A stretch of DNA of 64,000 nt, from contig CDLV01000009.1 of NCBI GenBank assembly GCA_001244265.2, positions 1,178,001 through 1,242,000 of the forward strand, written 5' to 3'. The position numbers and the translations under genes were made by a program. The notes beneath the pieces are model-generated. The model worked only from the letters and a program-made list of their open reading frames with translations. It was not told the DNA's origin and searched no databases. Source of the stretch: Microbotryum violaceum. Lineage: Eukaryota. Positions 1-12,144 of the stretch are shown piece after piece (within the stretch, counting starts at the first letter, position 1; each line of letters opens with the position of its first letter).

Positions 1-1928
1 AGTGGTTCGTCGGTTCGTCGAGCAAGAGAATATCGGCCTCGAACAGGATGGCACGCGCCAACGCGAGCTTCATCTTCCATCCACCGGACAGCGAGCCGAT
101 CGCCGACTCTTGTCGGTCGTGCGTGAACCCGACCGTGTTGAGCACGCGGCGACACTCGGCCTCGTCCTTGAGGATACGCTTGTCTTTGAGCACGAACGAG
201 ATGATTGTGTTCTCGGTCTCGTCACCGTCGACATCGTGCTCGACGTAAAAGGTGCGCACCTCGTCGGGCGAAGGGAAACCCTCGACCTGGCCGTTGTCGA
301 TCGCGCGCATGAGCGTCGACTTGCCCGTACCGTTGCGACCGCACAAACCGTAACGGTGGCCACGCTTGAGACGGAGCGTCGCGGTGTTGAGCAAAATCTT
401 GGCACCGTAAGCGAGCGAGAAGGTGCAGTTGCACAAGTCCTCGCCCTCCTCCTCATCGGGGAACATCTCGATCTCCTCGCCCTCGTCGGACGCCGACTTT
501 TCGAGCACGGCGCGCACGACGGTCTGCGCCTGGTTGGCACGGATTGAGTGGGGGAGCGCGAGCGAGACATAGGAAACGAGAGCCGAGTCCCATTCGGTCG
601 GCTCAAAGTTGCGAGCGTTGACCAAGTTGGCGACGAGCGACGCGATGTAGTGCACCAACGGCGACGACGCATCGAGCTTGGACGCCGAGTCGGTCTTCTT
701 GATCGCATCGACGACCAAGGGGGCGGCACCCTCGATCGTCTGGTGACGCAAGGGCGGCAGGTCCGTTCCATCGCCCTCGGTGTTGCCGATCTCGCGCAGG
801 GTCTTGATCGCCTTGATCACCACACCACGCGCTTCCGGGTCGGCGATCGTGGTGCTGACCTTGATCAGACCGGGCAAGAGCTTGGGCAAGAACGGTCGGA
901 CGGTCCACTCGTTGTCGACGAGCTTGGCCATGTTGTCGATGATGGTCGCTACCTTGCGCAAGGTCGACGAGAGCTTCTCGTTCAAACCACGCGACAGGAG
1001 CGGGGCCATGAGCGCGAGCGTAGGCGAGTCGACCTCGGACACGAACGTCGTCGCGGCCAACAGCTGGATCGTCTTGGGCACCTCCTCGATCGGGTTGATG
1101 AGCGCGTTGATCAGAGCGGGGATGAACTTTTCGATATCCTTGTTCGAGACGAGCGCGGTCAACTTGGTCAACGAGGCGCGGGCGGCCTTCTTGACGTCGG
1201 CCTTGGTGTCTGCGGGGAAGGGTAGAGGGCAAGACTCATCAGCACGGGGTCACTGTGCGAGAATGAAAACGCGCCGATTTGGAAAACTCACCCCAGATGG
1301 CCTCAACCATGGGAGGGATAATGTCGGGCATGAGCATGGCGCACTGCTCCGGGGCCGAAACGACGAGTTGGTCGATGATGGCCAACGAGCCCGTCTTGAC
1401 CTGCCACTTGCCGGCGGTCCTGATCTGGTGGAGCAAGATGGGCAAGAAGATGGGCGTCGCCCACGACGTCGCAACCTGCACGATCGACTTGACGGCCGAG
1501 ACGGCGGCCTCGCGCACGGACGTGACCTTGTCGGCGAACGTCTCGCTGACGATCTGCTGCATCAGCTTCTCAAAGAAGAAGGGCTCGACGGCGTTGCCGA
1601 CTCCCTGCTCGACGAGGATCGACAAGAGCTCGCATGCGCCCTCACGCGCGACGGCGTTCTTCTTGTCGTTGAGTCCCTTTTCGATCGCGTCGGCGAGGCC
1701 CAATCGGACGAACGCCTGCGGGCCTTCGATCTTGACGAGGTCGACGAGCTCGGTCGCGGCCTTCTCGCGCGCGGCGCGGTCGGGCGAGGACAAGACGGTG
1801 TGGATGTCGACCTGGACCTCATCGCCGGTCGCGACGTGGTGGCCTTCGGCCTTGACGGCGGCGGCGTCGATCTTGATCGGTGTCGAGACGGCGGGCGACT
1901 CGTTCTTGGACATGACGGCGGTGGGCAT
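1..1928 (-). CDS. TEF3: Fungal translation elongation factor 3 (eEF3), 5' part; runs off the window start
   Basis: HEAT-type N-terminus (AREGAC, KWQVKTGSL). Intron 1210..1291 (GT-AG) joins IW|DTKADVKKAA. First ABC Walker A GRNGTGKSTLMRAI at about 304-345, preceded by RGHRYGL. Confidence 0.95.
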
Positions 1929-2698
1929 AAGGGTTGGGGGGAGTGGGTACGGTTAGGTAGGTGGCTTCCAAGACTGCGTGATCCGGGCAACGGAGATGAA
2001 ATCGAGTTTGAGATCGAGTTGTTCCGCAGCGTGTGTCCGGGCGGCGCGTGGTACGAGTGCGAGTGTAGGACATTTACGGGCGCCGGGAAGCGACACGTTT
2101 TCGGGTCGGCAACGAAACGAGCGACGTGGGCGTGGGCGCGGCGAGCGGCAGGCGAGCGGCAAGTCGGCGAGCGCGCGGTGTGGCAAAGCGAAAGGCATGG
2201 GAGGGAGCAACAAAGTCAGCATAAGATGCACAATGAATTCCGTAGATCGGGTTCAAGTACGAGTGCAAAGAAAGCACGCAGTTACTCACAATTCGATCTA
2301 GTCGGGGTGGTGAGCGAAGTATGCACGTAGTGGCTGCGAACGGGCGACGAGCGACAACAAGCAGACACGGGCGACGCCGTAGCAATAAGCGACAGCGAGG
2401 TTTATGAGAGAGGCTGAAAATACGAAGTGCAAGGTAGAGGAAGTGTGGCCGAGTCGGGGTGAGCTAAACTCTAAGCGGAGATGGGGTGAGCGGTGAGAAG
2501 ATAAGGAGGAAAGGGATCGGCGCTTGAAGCGGAATTTGACCCGAGCTTCGCAAGGACGGCGCTGTCACTGCGCTGTCGCCCGGCAGTCTCGCGGTCTCGG
2601 GCGCCTGGATCGCTCTCTGGAATCTTCGAGCCCTCGCGGCGACTGGGCCTGAGCAGTACCCGGGCTGGCATGGGCTGGCCATCGGTAGCCCGGTCAAC

Positions 2699-3881
2699 AG
2701 GACCCCCGAAAGCCCAGCCAGAGGCGGCCCGCAAATTTGGACATTTTTGGCTCAAAAGGGGTCGAGGCTCACCTCATTTTTGGACATTTTCCTCCCTCCG
2801 GTCGAACTTTGAAGCGCAGACCAGGGTAGCGGGAGGCGCAGGGCCGCAGGGCATAGCCGGGCCCAGCTGCGCGGCGCGGTGAACAGTTGCGCTGTTTGCG
2901 TTTGGAGCGCGTTAGTGTCTGTATCTGCTGTAAGGTATGTGCCTCTGATGTGCATAAAATACAATCTGTCATTCTTGAACGATAGGCTAAAAGCAAATTG
3001 TAACTAACACTCAGAGGCTACTTATTGGGCTGTTCCTGTAAGACATTTGCGATCGTTTATCGTTTTTTGATCGTCTCTCGCTCGGAACGCCGACTTGTCG
3101 AGCTACGTCTCCTCTTCTTCCTTTCGATCTGGAAGCTCTCTCGCCGAGAAATATCTTTTCTATCCTAGTCGTATCTTTCTTTTCCTAGTCCGTCAAAGAT
3201 TCCCAGGGTTCGCCGCCGCCGATACACGTCGGATTCTTTGGTACCGATCACCCGCCGATCGCGCGATCACCGAAATGGCATTCGAAGAGCTCTGGGCATC
3301 AATTCAGGAGTGCAAGGCTGGCCTTGTGTCTCTGTAAAACACCCAAGGGGGATTTGGTGGGTATGATCGATTCTGATTCAGGGTCAAAGAGTCCTACACT
3401 ACTAGCCTAGCCAGTGTGCTTACCTGCATTTCCTCCGTCTTTCCCAGATATTTCTAGGCACATACATATTAGGATATGGCGCGCGGCTGAGAACCTTATT
3501 TTGGCGTGCATTCTTCCATGTAGATGTAAATTATATTGATTTTGATCCATCAAATGAATGATAAACAAAGATGAGATCCTATTCGATTCCATTTCATTTG
3601 AAAAGGCTCGTTGGCGGTTGCGCTAGCACCACTCTTGGTGCTCGGTGCGCGCGCGCGCAACCTTTCCCGCCCGCGCGCAACCTTTCCCGCCCGCGCGCAG
3701 CGGGAATGCAGTCTGCGCTACGCGCAGAAACTTTTCTGAGCATTGTACAGCTTGTAGAGTAATTTTGAGAAATTAATCAACACTAGGCGGCCCTCTTTTT
3801 TGGACATTCTCAGTCTGGACATTTTGCCTCGAGAAAGGCCGTTCTTAGAGGGCCGCCTATGGCTGGGCTTTCGGGGGTCCT
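2699..3881. mobile_element. Non-autonomous TIR DNA transposon, 1183 bp
   Basis: TIR AGGACCCCCGAAAGCCCAGCCA(G/T)AGGCGGCCC at 2699-2730 and reverse-complemented at 3850-3881 (31/32 match). Perfect 8-bp direct repeat CGGTCAAC immediately outside both ends (2691-2698, 3882-3889). No transposase ORF. Interior partly AT-rich. Confidence 0.92.
3652..3699. repeat. 20-bp tandem repeat inside the transposon
   Basis: CGCGCGCAACCTTTCCCGCC, about 2.4 perfect copies. Confidence 0.9.
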
Positions 3882-4180
3882 CGGTCAACCAACGCGAGCC
3901 CCGGGAGCGAGTGCGTTGCCACTCGTTCGGACTGGTCTAGTGATCAGACGTCGCGGCCGCGCTCCTGCTCAGGGTCGCAGAGATTCAGCCTTGCTGAAGC
4001 AATAGTACCGAAGGTCAAACAGACAGATCACTGGGAATCAGGCCGTTTCTGGACCCAGCTCAACGCTTCACTCCTATAGTTCTTCATCTTACGACCGAGA
4101 TCGTGGGGTCGTCTTCGGCGCTTCGCCTCCGAGTTCGGCCTGGCAACATCGCATCCAGCGCGTACTAGTACAGCGACGTC

Positions 4181-5905
4181 ATGGTCCCGGCCGTTCGCGA
4201 GTTCCATCTCGATTCGAGGGATGCACTGGCGTGTGGGAACAGTCTGAAAGAAAAGACTGTTATTGTCACGGGTGTGTCTTTCAAGCACTCGGGCACTCGG
4301 CGACGCAGTGTCTCAGCGATGACGGCGATGACTTGACTTTCGCTCTCGGCGATCATCACATGATCAGGTGCCAGTTTTGGCTTCGGCAAGGCTTTCTCGA
4401 TTCAAGCTGCTCACTTCGGGTAAATGCTATTCAAAAACGTGACTTTGCTGGACCCCGGTGACATGCATGAGCACTCATCTTCACTCCTTCTCTTCTACCG
4501 ACAGAGCTCGCTTGGTCATCTCGGATGTCAATATTCGAGGTGTCGAGTTGGTAGCTGAGGAGATCAGGTCTGCCGGGGGGTAGGCGAGCATCCCAACGGC
4601 CCCAAGAGGTAATTCATGTGTCCTAAATAGTCACTTTTCGATCATACTTCGCAGAATCGTTGCGGCGCATCCCAAGCCGTGCGACACGTCGAATTGGGAC
4701 CACCAGCTCGAAATGTTTGTAAGTCGAGCCTGTTCATTCCTATAGGATAACCCTCCCGCCTCGGGACGGCGAAAAGGAGACATTTTTTTGTTGACCTCAA
4801 GCACTGACTGTTCGTCATCTGCAGGAATTTGCGTGTGAGACTTTTGGTCGTGTAGATGTTGTGGTCGCTAATGCAGGCGTCGGAGAGATGAGCCAGTTCA
4901 TGAAGGAGGAAAACCTTGACGCGTCCGGACATCTCACGGTATGCCGCTCTCTCACTCTCTACCCCAAGACAACGCCCGAATTGACCAAGTCTTTGAATCT
5001 ATGAACTGAGTTTGGGCATCATTTTTAGCGACCAAGCATCCTCACCATCGATGTCAACCTCATTGGAGCGCTGTTCAGTGAGTCCTCCCGCCGCCCTTAG
5101 TTCGATGTCCAAGGCGCTACAGGACCGTCGACTGAACCTGTTCATTCTTTCGTCACTCCAGCTATCAAGATCGGCTACCACTACTTGAGGAAGAATCCTG
5201 CAAAAGAGGGCAAAGCACTTCTATACATCGGATCTATCTACAGTGCCAACGCGTTACCTAAAGGGCCCCTATACGCCGCCGTGAGCCCATCCTAATCGTC
5301 CTCACTTCCTGTGCACGATGCTGATCCCAATTTCCTTCGATACCAGGCAAAGCAAGCGATCTACTCTCTGTTCAAATCTATGTACGCAGACTTTCAAGAA
5401 GCCGGGATCGCGTCAGTCCTTCCTACCAGGCTCCGCTTAACATGGTAACAGCGCGGCCGCGCTGAAGCTTGTCCCTCGAGATGTTCGCCTCATCCGCAGC
5501 ACCAATATCATGGCACCCTGGTTCGTAAGAACAGGAATTGTCGCCATCAGGACCGCGATAGTACTTCACGGCCTTCCCTACGCCTCCATATCCGACGTCG
5601 TAGCGGGTATGATCAAGTTCTGTGCGGACCCCAACTTCTACGGCAATCATGTCGTCGTCGATCCACAGGGGTTGCTCGTCTTCCCTTTCGCTTGTCCTCA
5701 TCTAGGTCCCCAAGGGTATATCGGTGAGAGCTATAGGGGGTCGAAGATCGAGATGGATCGGAAGACCAAGTTCAGGGATATGTTGTTGATTGTTAGAGCG
5801 ATGGGCGGAAACTTGATCCCCAAGTCGAGGTTGTTTCAACTCGCTCTAGCCGTTGCTCTCGTCGCCCTCGTGCGTAGGAGGCTTAGGAGCGGGCGAGTAC
5901 CTTGA
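4181..5905 (+). CDS. Short-chain dehydrogenase/reductase (15-hydroxyprostaglandin-dehydrogenase-like), about 9 exons
   Basis: Spliced translation gives KTVIVTG|ASFGFG (TGxxxGxG), CDTSNW, GRVDVVVANAG, TIDVNLIG, IGS, YAA|AK (YxxxK) and APWFVRT. It ends with a hydrophobic tail; stop at 5903-5905. Confidence 0.88.
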
Positions 5906-6143
5906 GGAACCTTGTCATACGCTGGAAGCTTTATGACATCCTAATGTACGAAACGCTTCCATAATTAATGTAATCGGCTCGATCTTGTCTCTTTCCCACT
6001 TCCCAAGCAAGACCATGGGCTTCCACCTGACATTTGATGAGGCAACGTAGCAGTCTTCGCAAACTGTTCAGACAACTCATACACAGCGCGAGGGACAGGA
6101 TCATACAGACAAATGTCACTGATAATTAGGATTTGAAAAGGAC

Positions 6144-8632
6144 CTAGTCCACAATACCGAGTGCTTTGAGTTGGTTCCTGAACAAGTCCATGCGACCAAA
6201 AGCGTACGACAGGTAATCAAAGTCGACGGCGATCATCTCCGTATCATCTTCCTCGACTTCCTGCTCCGGCGTGTCCTCGAGGTTGACAATCTCACCACTC
6301 TTGCCCCTTCTCAAGACCGGTCGGGTCGCTCCTTCGTCTTTACAATCAGCCGATCGTTGTTCCTCGAAGTTGACCTTTTCAAGGCCTTTCGCGAGACCCA
6401 CCTCTCCTCTTGTCTTGCGTTCCTGGCGATTCATGCAAACCTTCTTCCACTTCTCCACCATGGCTAACAAGTCCTCCTTGCCTTGGACGATACCCCAAAC
6501 GGCCCACATCGCATGCGAGCTCGCTTCCCACACCCTCACTTCATCTTCCAAGCGCAAGACGCGTACATCCTCCCTCTGCGGACTCGCCGCTTCATCCGAA
6601 TACAAGGACGAGCTCGAGCTTTGTCGCGATACATCTCGACCTTGATCGCATCCGACGTAGGCTCGCAGAAAGCGCTGACGCTCGGCGCGGTTCGGGTACT
6701 TGTTCGTCGACAAGGCGTGCGACATGGACGGGTGGTGGTAGTCGGCTTGCCATTCTACGAAATGGTTCGCAATGTCGAACGCTCGAGGGTTTGCGGAGGC
6801 GTATTCGAAGTCGACGACAATAATCTTCTGGTGAGGTGCCGCGAGGGAGCGATCGAATGCGGCGACGTCGTCCTCGCCATTCTGCCTCTCTTCGTCGGTC
6901 GGCGTCAGCAGCAACAGGTTACCGTACTGGGTGTCGTTATGCGCAAAGACGCGCTTGGATTTGCCTTCCCGCTTCTCCCACTGATGGACGTAGCGACGGT
7001 ACATTTTGACTTGCTGCTCGAACAGCGGCAGGTTGAGTGCCGCGCGGAGGGCGATGGTGTGCATCGGGGAAGACAGAGGCGGGACATGCTGGCCACTGCT
7101 CGACGAGGCTCCCGTGCCATTGTTTGGGGGCGTGACGGTCGGTGTGGCTGTCGAATCACCCGAATCGACGGCTCGGATCATCGGCGACGGAGGGGGCGGG
7201 TCAAAGAAGGAGTCAAAACCGGGCATCGACGCAAGCTTGTCGAGGGCTTGCAAGACGACTTTGGCTTCCCTCGTCCAACGAGTGATGTTTTCCCAGACCC
7301 CGAGTCGGTCCTTGGTCGATCGACGACTGCGCAGACTACTGCCACTCGCGATCGAGCCAGCGCGACTGCGCCTCTTGTTTCCAGACCGCGACTCGCTCGC
7401 CTGACGTGGCAGCAGATGGGGAGAGCTGACGACGGGGGTGCCAAACTGGGATCCCTCCATCGAGCCAGCGTACGAACCGGCGTTACTCGACGAGTCAGAA
7501 TAGTACGAGGCGCCGAACGAGAAAATTGAGGAGCTCGACGAAACAGAGTAGATCGATGCCGACGAGGATTTGTGAGCACCGGCATGCTCAAGTGACGGTC
7601 GTTGCGGTTTGGATCCCGATGAAGGACTGCGCTCTGGGCCTCCCGATGGAACCATCTCGTCCAGGCGGACAGAATGAAGCTCGCGCATACGTCGACCAAT
7701 CCAACGCGAAATACGCTCATCCCTCATTTCTTCCTTGTGCAGCGCCCGCGAGTGGAAGTACTCCTCAACGCGACCGTTGGAGAAAGTGCCGAGCACACGA
7801 GGACCGATCTGGTAGGACGAGGATAGGGTGTGGAGGATGTGCAGCTCGGTGCGGCGAGAGATGAGCGACCCGGACGAAGGACCGTAGATGCGAAGAAGCA
7901 GAGTTGGTGCCGAAATGGCGACGCTCTCGACTGGCCCTTTCGAATTCGAATCGGAGGCGGGAGGAATTGCTCTGCTGGTTGACGCTCCATTGGTATTGAG
8001 GCGACCTTGACCAGGCTTGGGGGTCGATCTCCCCTTTTCGAGCTCGCTCAGGACGGTGGCTCGGTTCAGAGGGGTGGACGCCGTCGACTCGCTGTTGCCG
8101 TACGATAGCGGCGGTGTGGAATGCCCTTCAGATGCAAAGGTGTGCGGTTGGTCAAGATGCAACTCGAAGACAGTTTCCGGGACCGAAACAAAGAAGACGG
8201 CATTGGTGAGCGACCCGGATACCTTGTGGATGTGGATCGCCGAAGGAGGGAAGTCGATAGGTAGTTCGACCCAACCAGGCACCTGCAGGTCGTCTCGCAA
8301 CAGCTCGAGCAGAGATGTACTGAACTCGGGCAATTGATAGTGTCTGTAGGATGGTAGAACGATATTCAGATCTTGTACCGTGGTCGGACGATCACAAAGT
8401 GGGCCATCTGAGCTCTAATCCGCTCCTCCCCATCCCTACCCAACCTAATCGGCGACAGCAACGATTGAGAGATGACTGACTTTGCGGATAGCCTCATGTT
8501 GCAGCTCGCTACGCCAGCGATATGACCATCTTCGAGCGTAAAATCCTCAATGTCTTGTTCATCGTCGAGCTCGTTCTCATCCTCGTCAAAGTCGGCGCCG
8601 TCTTCGCTGTCACTCCTGCCACTGCGAGTCTC

Positions 8633-8668
<36 letters not shown>

Positions 8669-8947
8669 GTAGCTTCCGGAGCGGTACCGATCGGTGTAAT
8701 CTCCCGGAGCCATGAACTCGAGCTCGAGGTCTTCGGGGATGTCCTGCTCGAGCATGATCGAGTCGACGGAGCTATGACGGTGCGCGGCGCCATGACGACT
8801 TCCGGCCTGACGACTGCTCCCCGTGGTTGCATTGGGTGCTGCTGCTCCAGCTGCATTCGAGCCCGAGGCAGAGGCACGTCCTCTCGTCGGCAGTAGAAGA
8901 GGGCTGGTGGCGGGAGGGATCTGTACAAGATCTTCTACCGACGACAT
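6144..8947 (-). CDS. Choline/ethanolamine kinase
   Basis: SGSLTNAVF, LLLRIYG, FSNGRVEEY, Brenner motif HNDTQYGN and VDFEYA..NPRAFDIANHF. One intron, 8344..8480, joins the two ORFs in frame. Confidence 0.93.
8643..8670. repeat. (TCG)n microsatellite encoding poly-Asp in the choline kinase
   Basis: About 9 perfect TCG units. Confidence 0.9.
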
Positions 8948-9360
8948 TGTGGCGAGTTAGAGTCGGAAGGCGACTCGATGAGATGGTGGGGGGAGAAAGA
9001 GATGCGCGTGAACGGGCACTCGCCGCGTGCATGGCGCGCATGGTCTGGGCCTTCGTTGCCTTCGTAACCCCCGCGCGCGCCGCACCGCGCAGACCCTCGC
9101 AGACCGCGCAGGACCGCGCCCAACGAGAGCTAACGAGAGCGAACGAGCAGCACCTGCCCGCGCGACAGCGCTCTCAGCCGCTGCCTGCGCTCCTGCTCCC
9201 CCCTGCTCCAAACGTCGTTCACTTGCATCGACGCGCTTCGACTTTGGCGCGTGAGATCAGTTGTTTCGCCTCGAGTGTCGCGTGCGCCGATTGCTTTTCC
9301 AAGGTGTACGCTGGCCCTACGCACGACCACCTTTGAACCCCACAACGCCTACGCGTAACG

Positions 9361-11755
9361 ATGGTCGACTCTGGTGCGGACGGTGAGTGCTCTTCCCACC
9401 CAACAGAAGACGAGCTCGCCCGCTAGCTCGAATCCGGTCGATTCCTCGCTACCGTGTGTTTCGCCTCACTGACCTCGCACATTGTTCCCGGTCCGCTCAT
9501 CGTCGCGCTCGCTTGATGCACGTGCTCCTATCCCCCCCACCCCTTCGGTGAACGCCACCCTACGCTCGCGTCGCCACTTCCTGTCTGCAGTCCCCGTCGA
9601 CTCGCCTGTCGCCTCGCCTCCACCTGCCCCCGCTGCTGCTGCCTCGACCCCGGTCGTGCCAGCAACCAACGGCGCGTCGACGACCCATTCGACGACCCAT
9701 TCGACGACCCATTCGACGTCGCAATCCAATGGCTCGACGCCCGCACCACCCACTCCGGCGGGCGAAGCGCTAGCTGACCCATCGACTGTTGTCGCACCGA
9801 GTGCAGAGCCTAGCGCGACCACCACCGGCGCGAGTGAGGCGACACCTGCCAGCTCAACTTCCGCCTCTGCCACTGCGCCTCGCACCCCGGCAGCTGCAGC
9901 TCCACCTGCATCTGAAGCAGCATCGGGAACAGCGTCAGCTCCTGGACCATTATCTGTGTCGACACCTGCATCCCCGCGCAAGCGAGGTCGACCGCCCAAG
10001 AACGCTCAGGCTCAAAGCAACAACTCGACGCCGGCAGGAACCCCTGCAGCCGCCGCGACCGTCGGCGGCGACAGCAAATCGTTCCTGAATGGACAGGTCT
10101 CCTCCGTTCCGGTCGCGCCACTGATCCCACCATCACCGCCAAAAGACCCGCTGGAGGACGTCACCTTGACCGACGACGAGCGACGGAAGATGTTGGTCGT
10201 TCTGCACAGGTGCGCTAGCGATCGAGCCAAACTTGGACCGATTCGGCTCATTCACTCACCATTTACTTCTGCTTTTCCCTGTGCGTAGTCTCGACCCGTC
10301 TCACATCCTATCCCAACCCATCACATCACCTGATGCTCCACCGATCACCCTTTCCGACCTGCTTTCGAACGCATCCTCGACCATCCCTCACCTCCGAGTC
10401 AGTATCACGCTCGTATGTATACGGAGGATGTGTCTTACCAATGACTGACTCCGAGAGCTCTCGGAATGTGACCAGACCAACCTCAACACTGCATGCACAA
10501 CATCCTTAGTGCTCTCCTTCACCACGGAGCCACCACTGCAACGCGCAATCGAGTCCTTCCGATCAACCGCGTTGGGCATGCTTTCCGAACTCGGTCGCCT
10601 CCATCTTCGAAAACGATCATCGACGACTCCCGCAAACGAGGATTCGAAAACGGTGATGACGCTCCCGAGACCGACGAAAAAATACATGTTGCATCGGTCT
10701 CTGGCCGGTGGTGTCGACCTGTTTTCTAGTACGACCGTCTTGAGTGACGAGGAAGTGCAGTCTTTGTCGACCCGTGCGTCCCTAACCGATTGGTTTGGCT
10801 CAAAAGTCTAACGCGCAACTGATTCGCTGACTCCTGATCTACTCCTCCCCCAGTGCAAGACACCGACGTCGTCTCAGTCCATGCTTTGACCTTCCCCAGT
10901 TCCACCACCTCCGCCCCCGCCCCGACCTTGGGCCACCTCAACCCTCGACCCTACGTCCAAACCCGTCCCCCACGTCCCCTTCCCCGTTCCAAGCCCGCCC
11001 AAATGCTCTACTACGACCCTTTCCAATCCTTTGCGCCCAACTACGATTCCTCAGGCGCGACGTTGAACTACCAACGGTCTGTCGCTTATGTCGATTCGAG
11101 AACGCGGGTGTATGAATGGGAGAAAGGATTGGTTGAGGCGAGGGATGGTGGAGAGGTGGGTTCGGAAGAAGGGCTGAAGGCTTTGCAGGGTTTGGCTGGG
11201 AAGGAGTTGGAGTTGATTAATGAGGTGTTAGGGACGGAGGAATGGAAGAAGGTTGTGGAGATGCAGGCTGAAGCAGTGCAGGAGGAGGAAGTGGAAGCTG
11301 GCGATGTCGATGCGAGGTTGAAGAGGAACAAGGCTTTGTTGGAAAAGCTCATCAAAGCTCAATTGGCGAGGACTCTGTTACCGCCGCCACCGCCGAAGAT
11401 GGGCCTACATGAGTCAGGGTTGTTGGCAGGGGAAGCAGAGAACCAGACTGGTGCGTGCCATGCCTCTTCCACTTGCGCTAACCTTTGTACTAACCCAATG
11501 AGTGTTCTTGTTTCGTGGCGGCCCACAGCCGACAAGCTCATTTCCTCCTTGACGACAATTCTCCAATCGATCGCGCCCTCGAACTCCGCCACCGAGCGAC
11601 GCCGCGTCTTCCCTCCCGTCGACCAAGTTCGAGCCGCGACGCCACGCATCATGCAACGCCTGGCCAAGGACGAATGTTCCTTCGGGAATCTGGATCCGTA
11701 CAACTGGAGGGCTCTCAAAGAATCGACGTTGGTCCCTCCTCCGAAGGAGCAATGA
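9361..11755 (+). CDS. AT-hook protein resembling RSC chromatin-remodelling subunit Rsc58
   Basis: ATG at 9361, first intron 9383..9590 in frame. AT-hook PRKRGRPPK. KKYMLHRSL..GVDLFSS and LYYDPFQSFAPNYDS resemble the Rsc58/BRD7-type YxPFxSFAPxYDS motif (family recognised from memory). Confidence 0.65.
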
Positions 11756-12144
11756 AGCAGGCCATCGACAGCACCTATCGAGGAAGTATGACTATTTTTT
11801 CAATTGTATCCCAAGGAGCTTTGGTTTCTATCTGAAGTGACTGGAAGAAACCATGCTCTTTTCATGTTGCAATTTAGAAGATTGATGTACACTTAATACA
11901 CAAAACCTCGGGGGTTTGAGTAACTGGGGAATAGTTCGGGACTGGACGGAAGAACGCCAAGGGACTCTGCATATAACGGGGGAGGACAGACAAGAAAATG
12001 AAAGTGAGAACCGACAGCGAGACTTGAGAGGGGGAGGAACGTCTATTCGGTCGTGAGAGAAGTATCCAAGAGTGGGTATGAAAGACCAGTACGAATGAGC
12101 CCTGGTTTGCCCAGCGGCGGGCAATTGGGTGAGCACAGATGCAA

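Noticed and set aside
2..2330. Long plus-strand ORFs (181, 225, 516 aa)
   Set aside because: Antisense shadows of the codon-biased, GC-rich eEF3 gene. No recognisable domains.
3150..3210. HMG-box-like fragment WESLTD*EK(K/ERY) on the minus strand inside the transposon
   Set aside because: Only about 10-14 residues, with stops and a frameshift. Too weak without a TBLASTX/HMM search.
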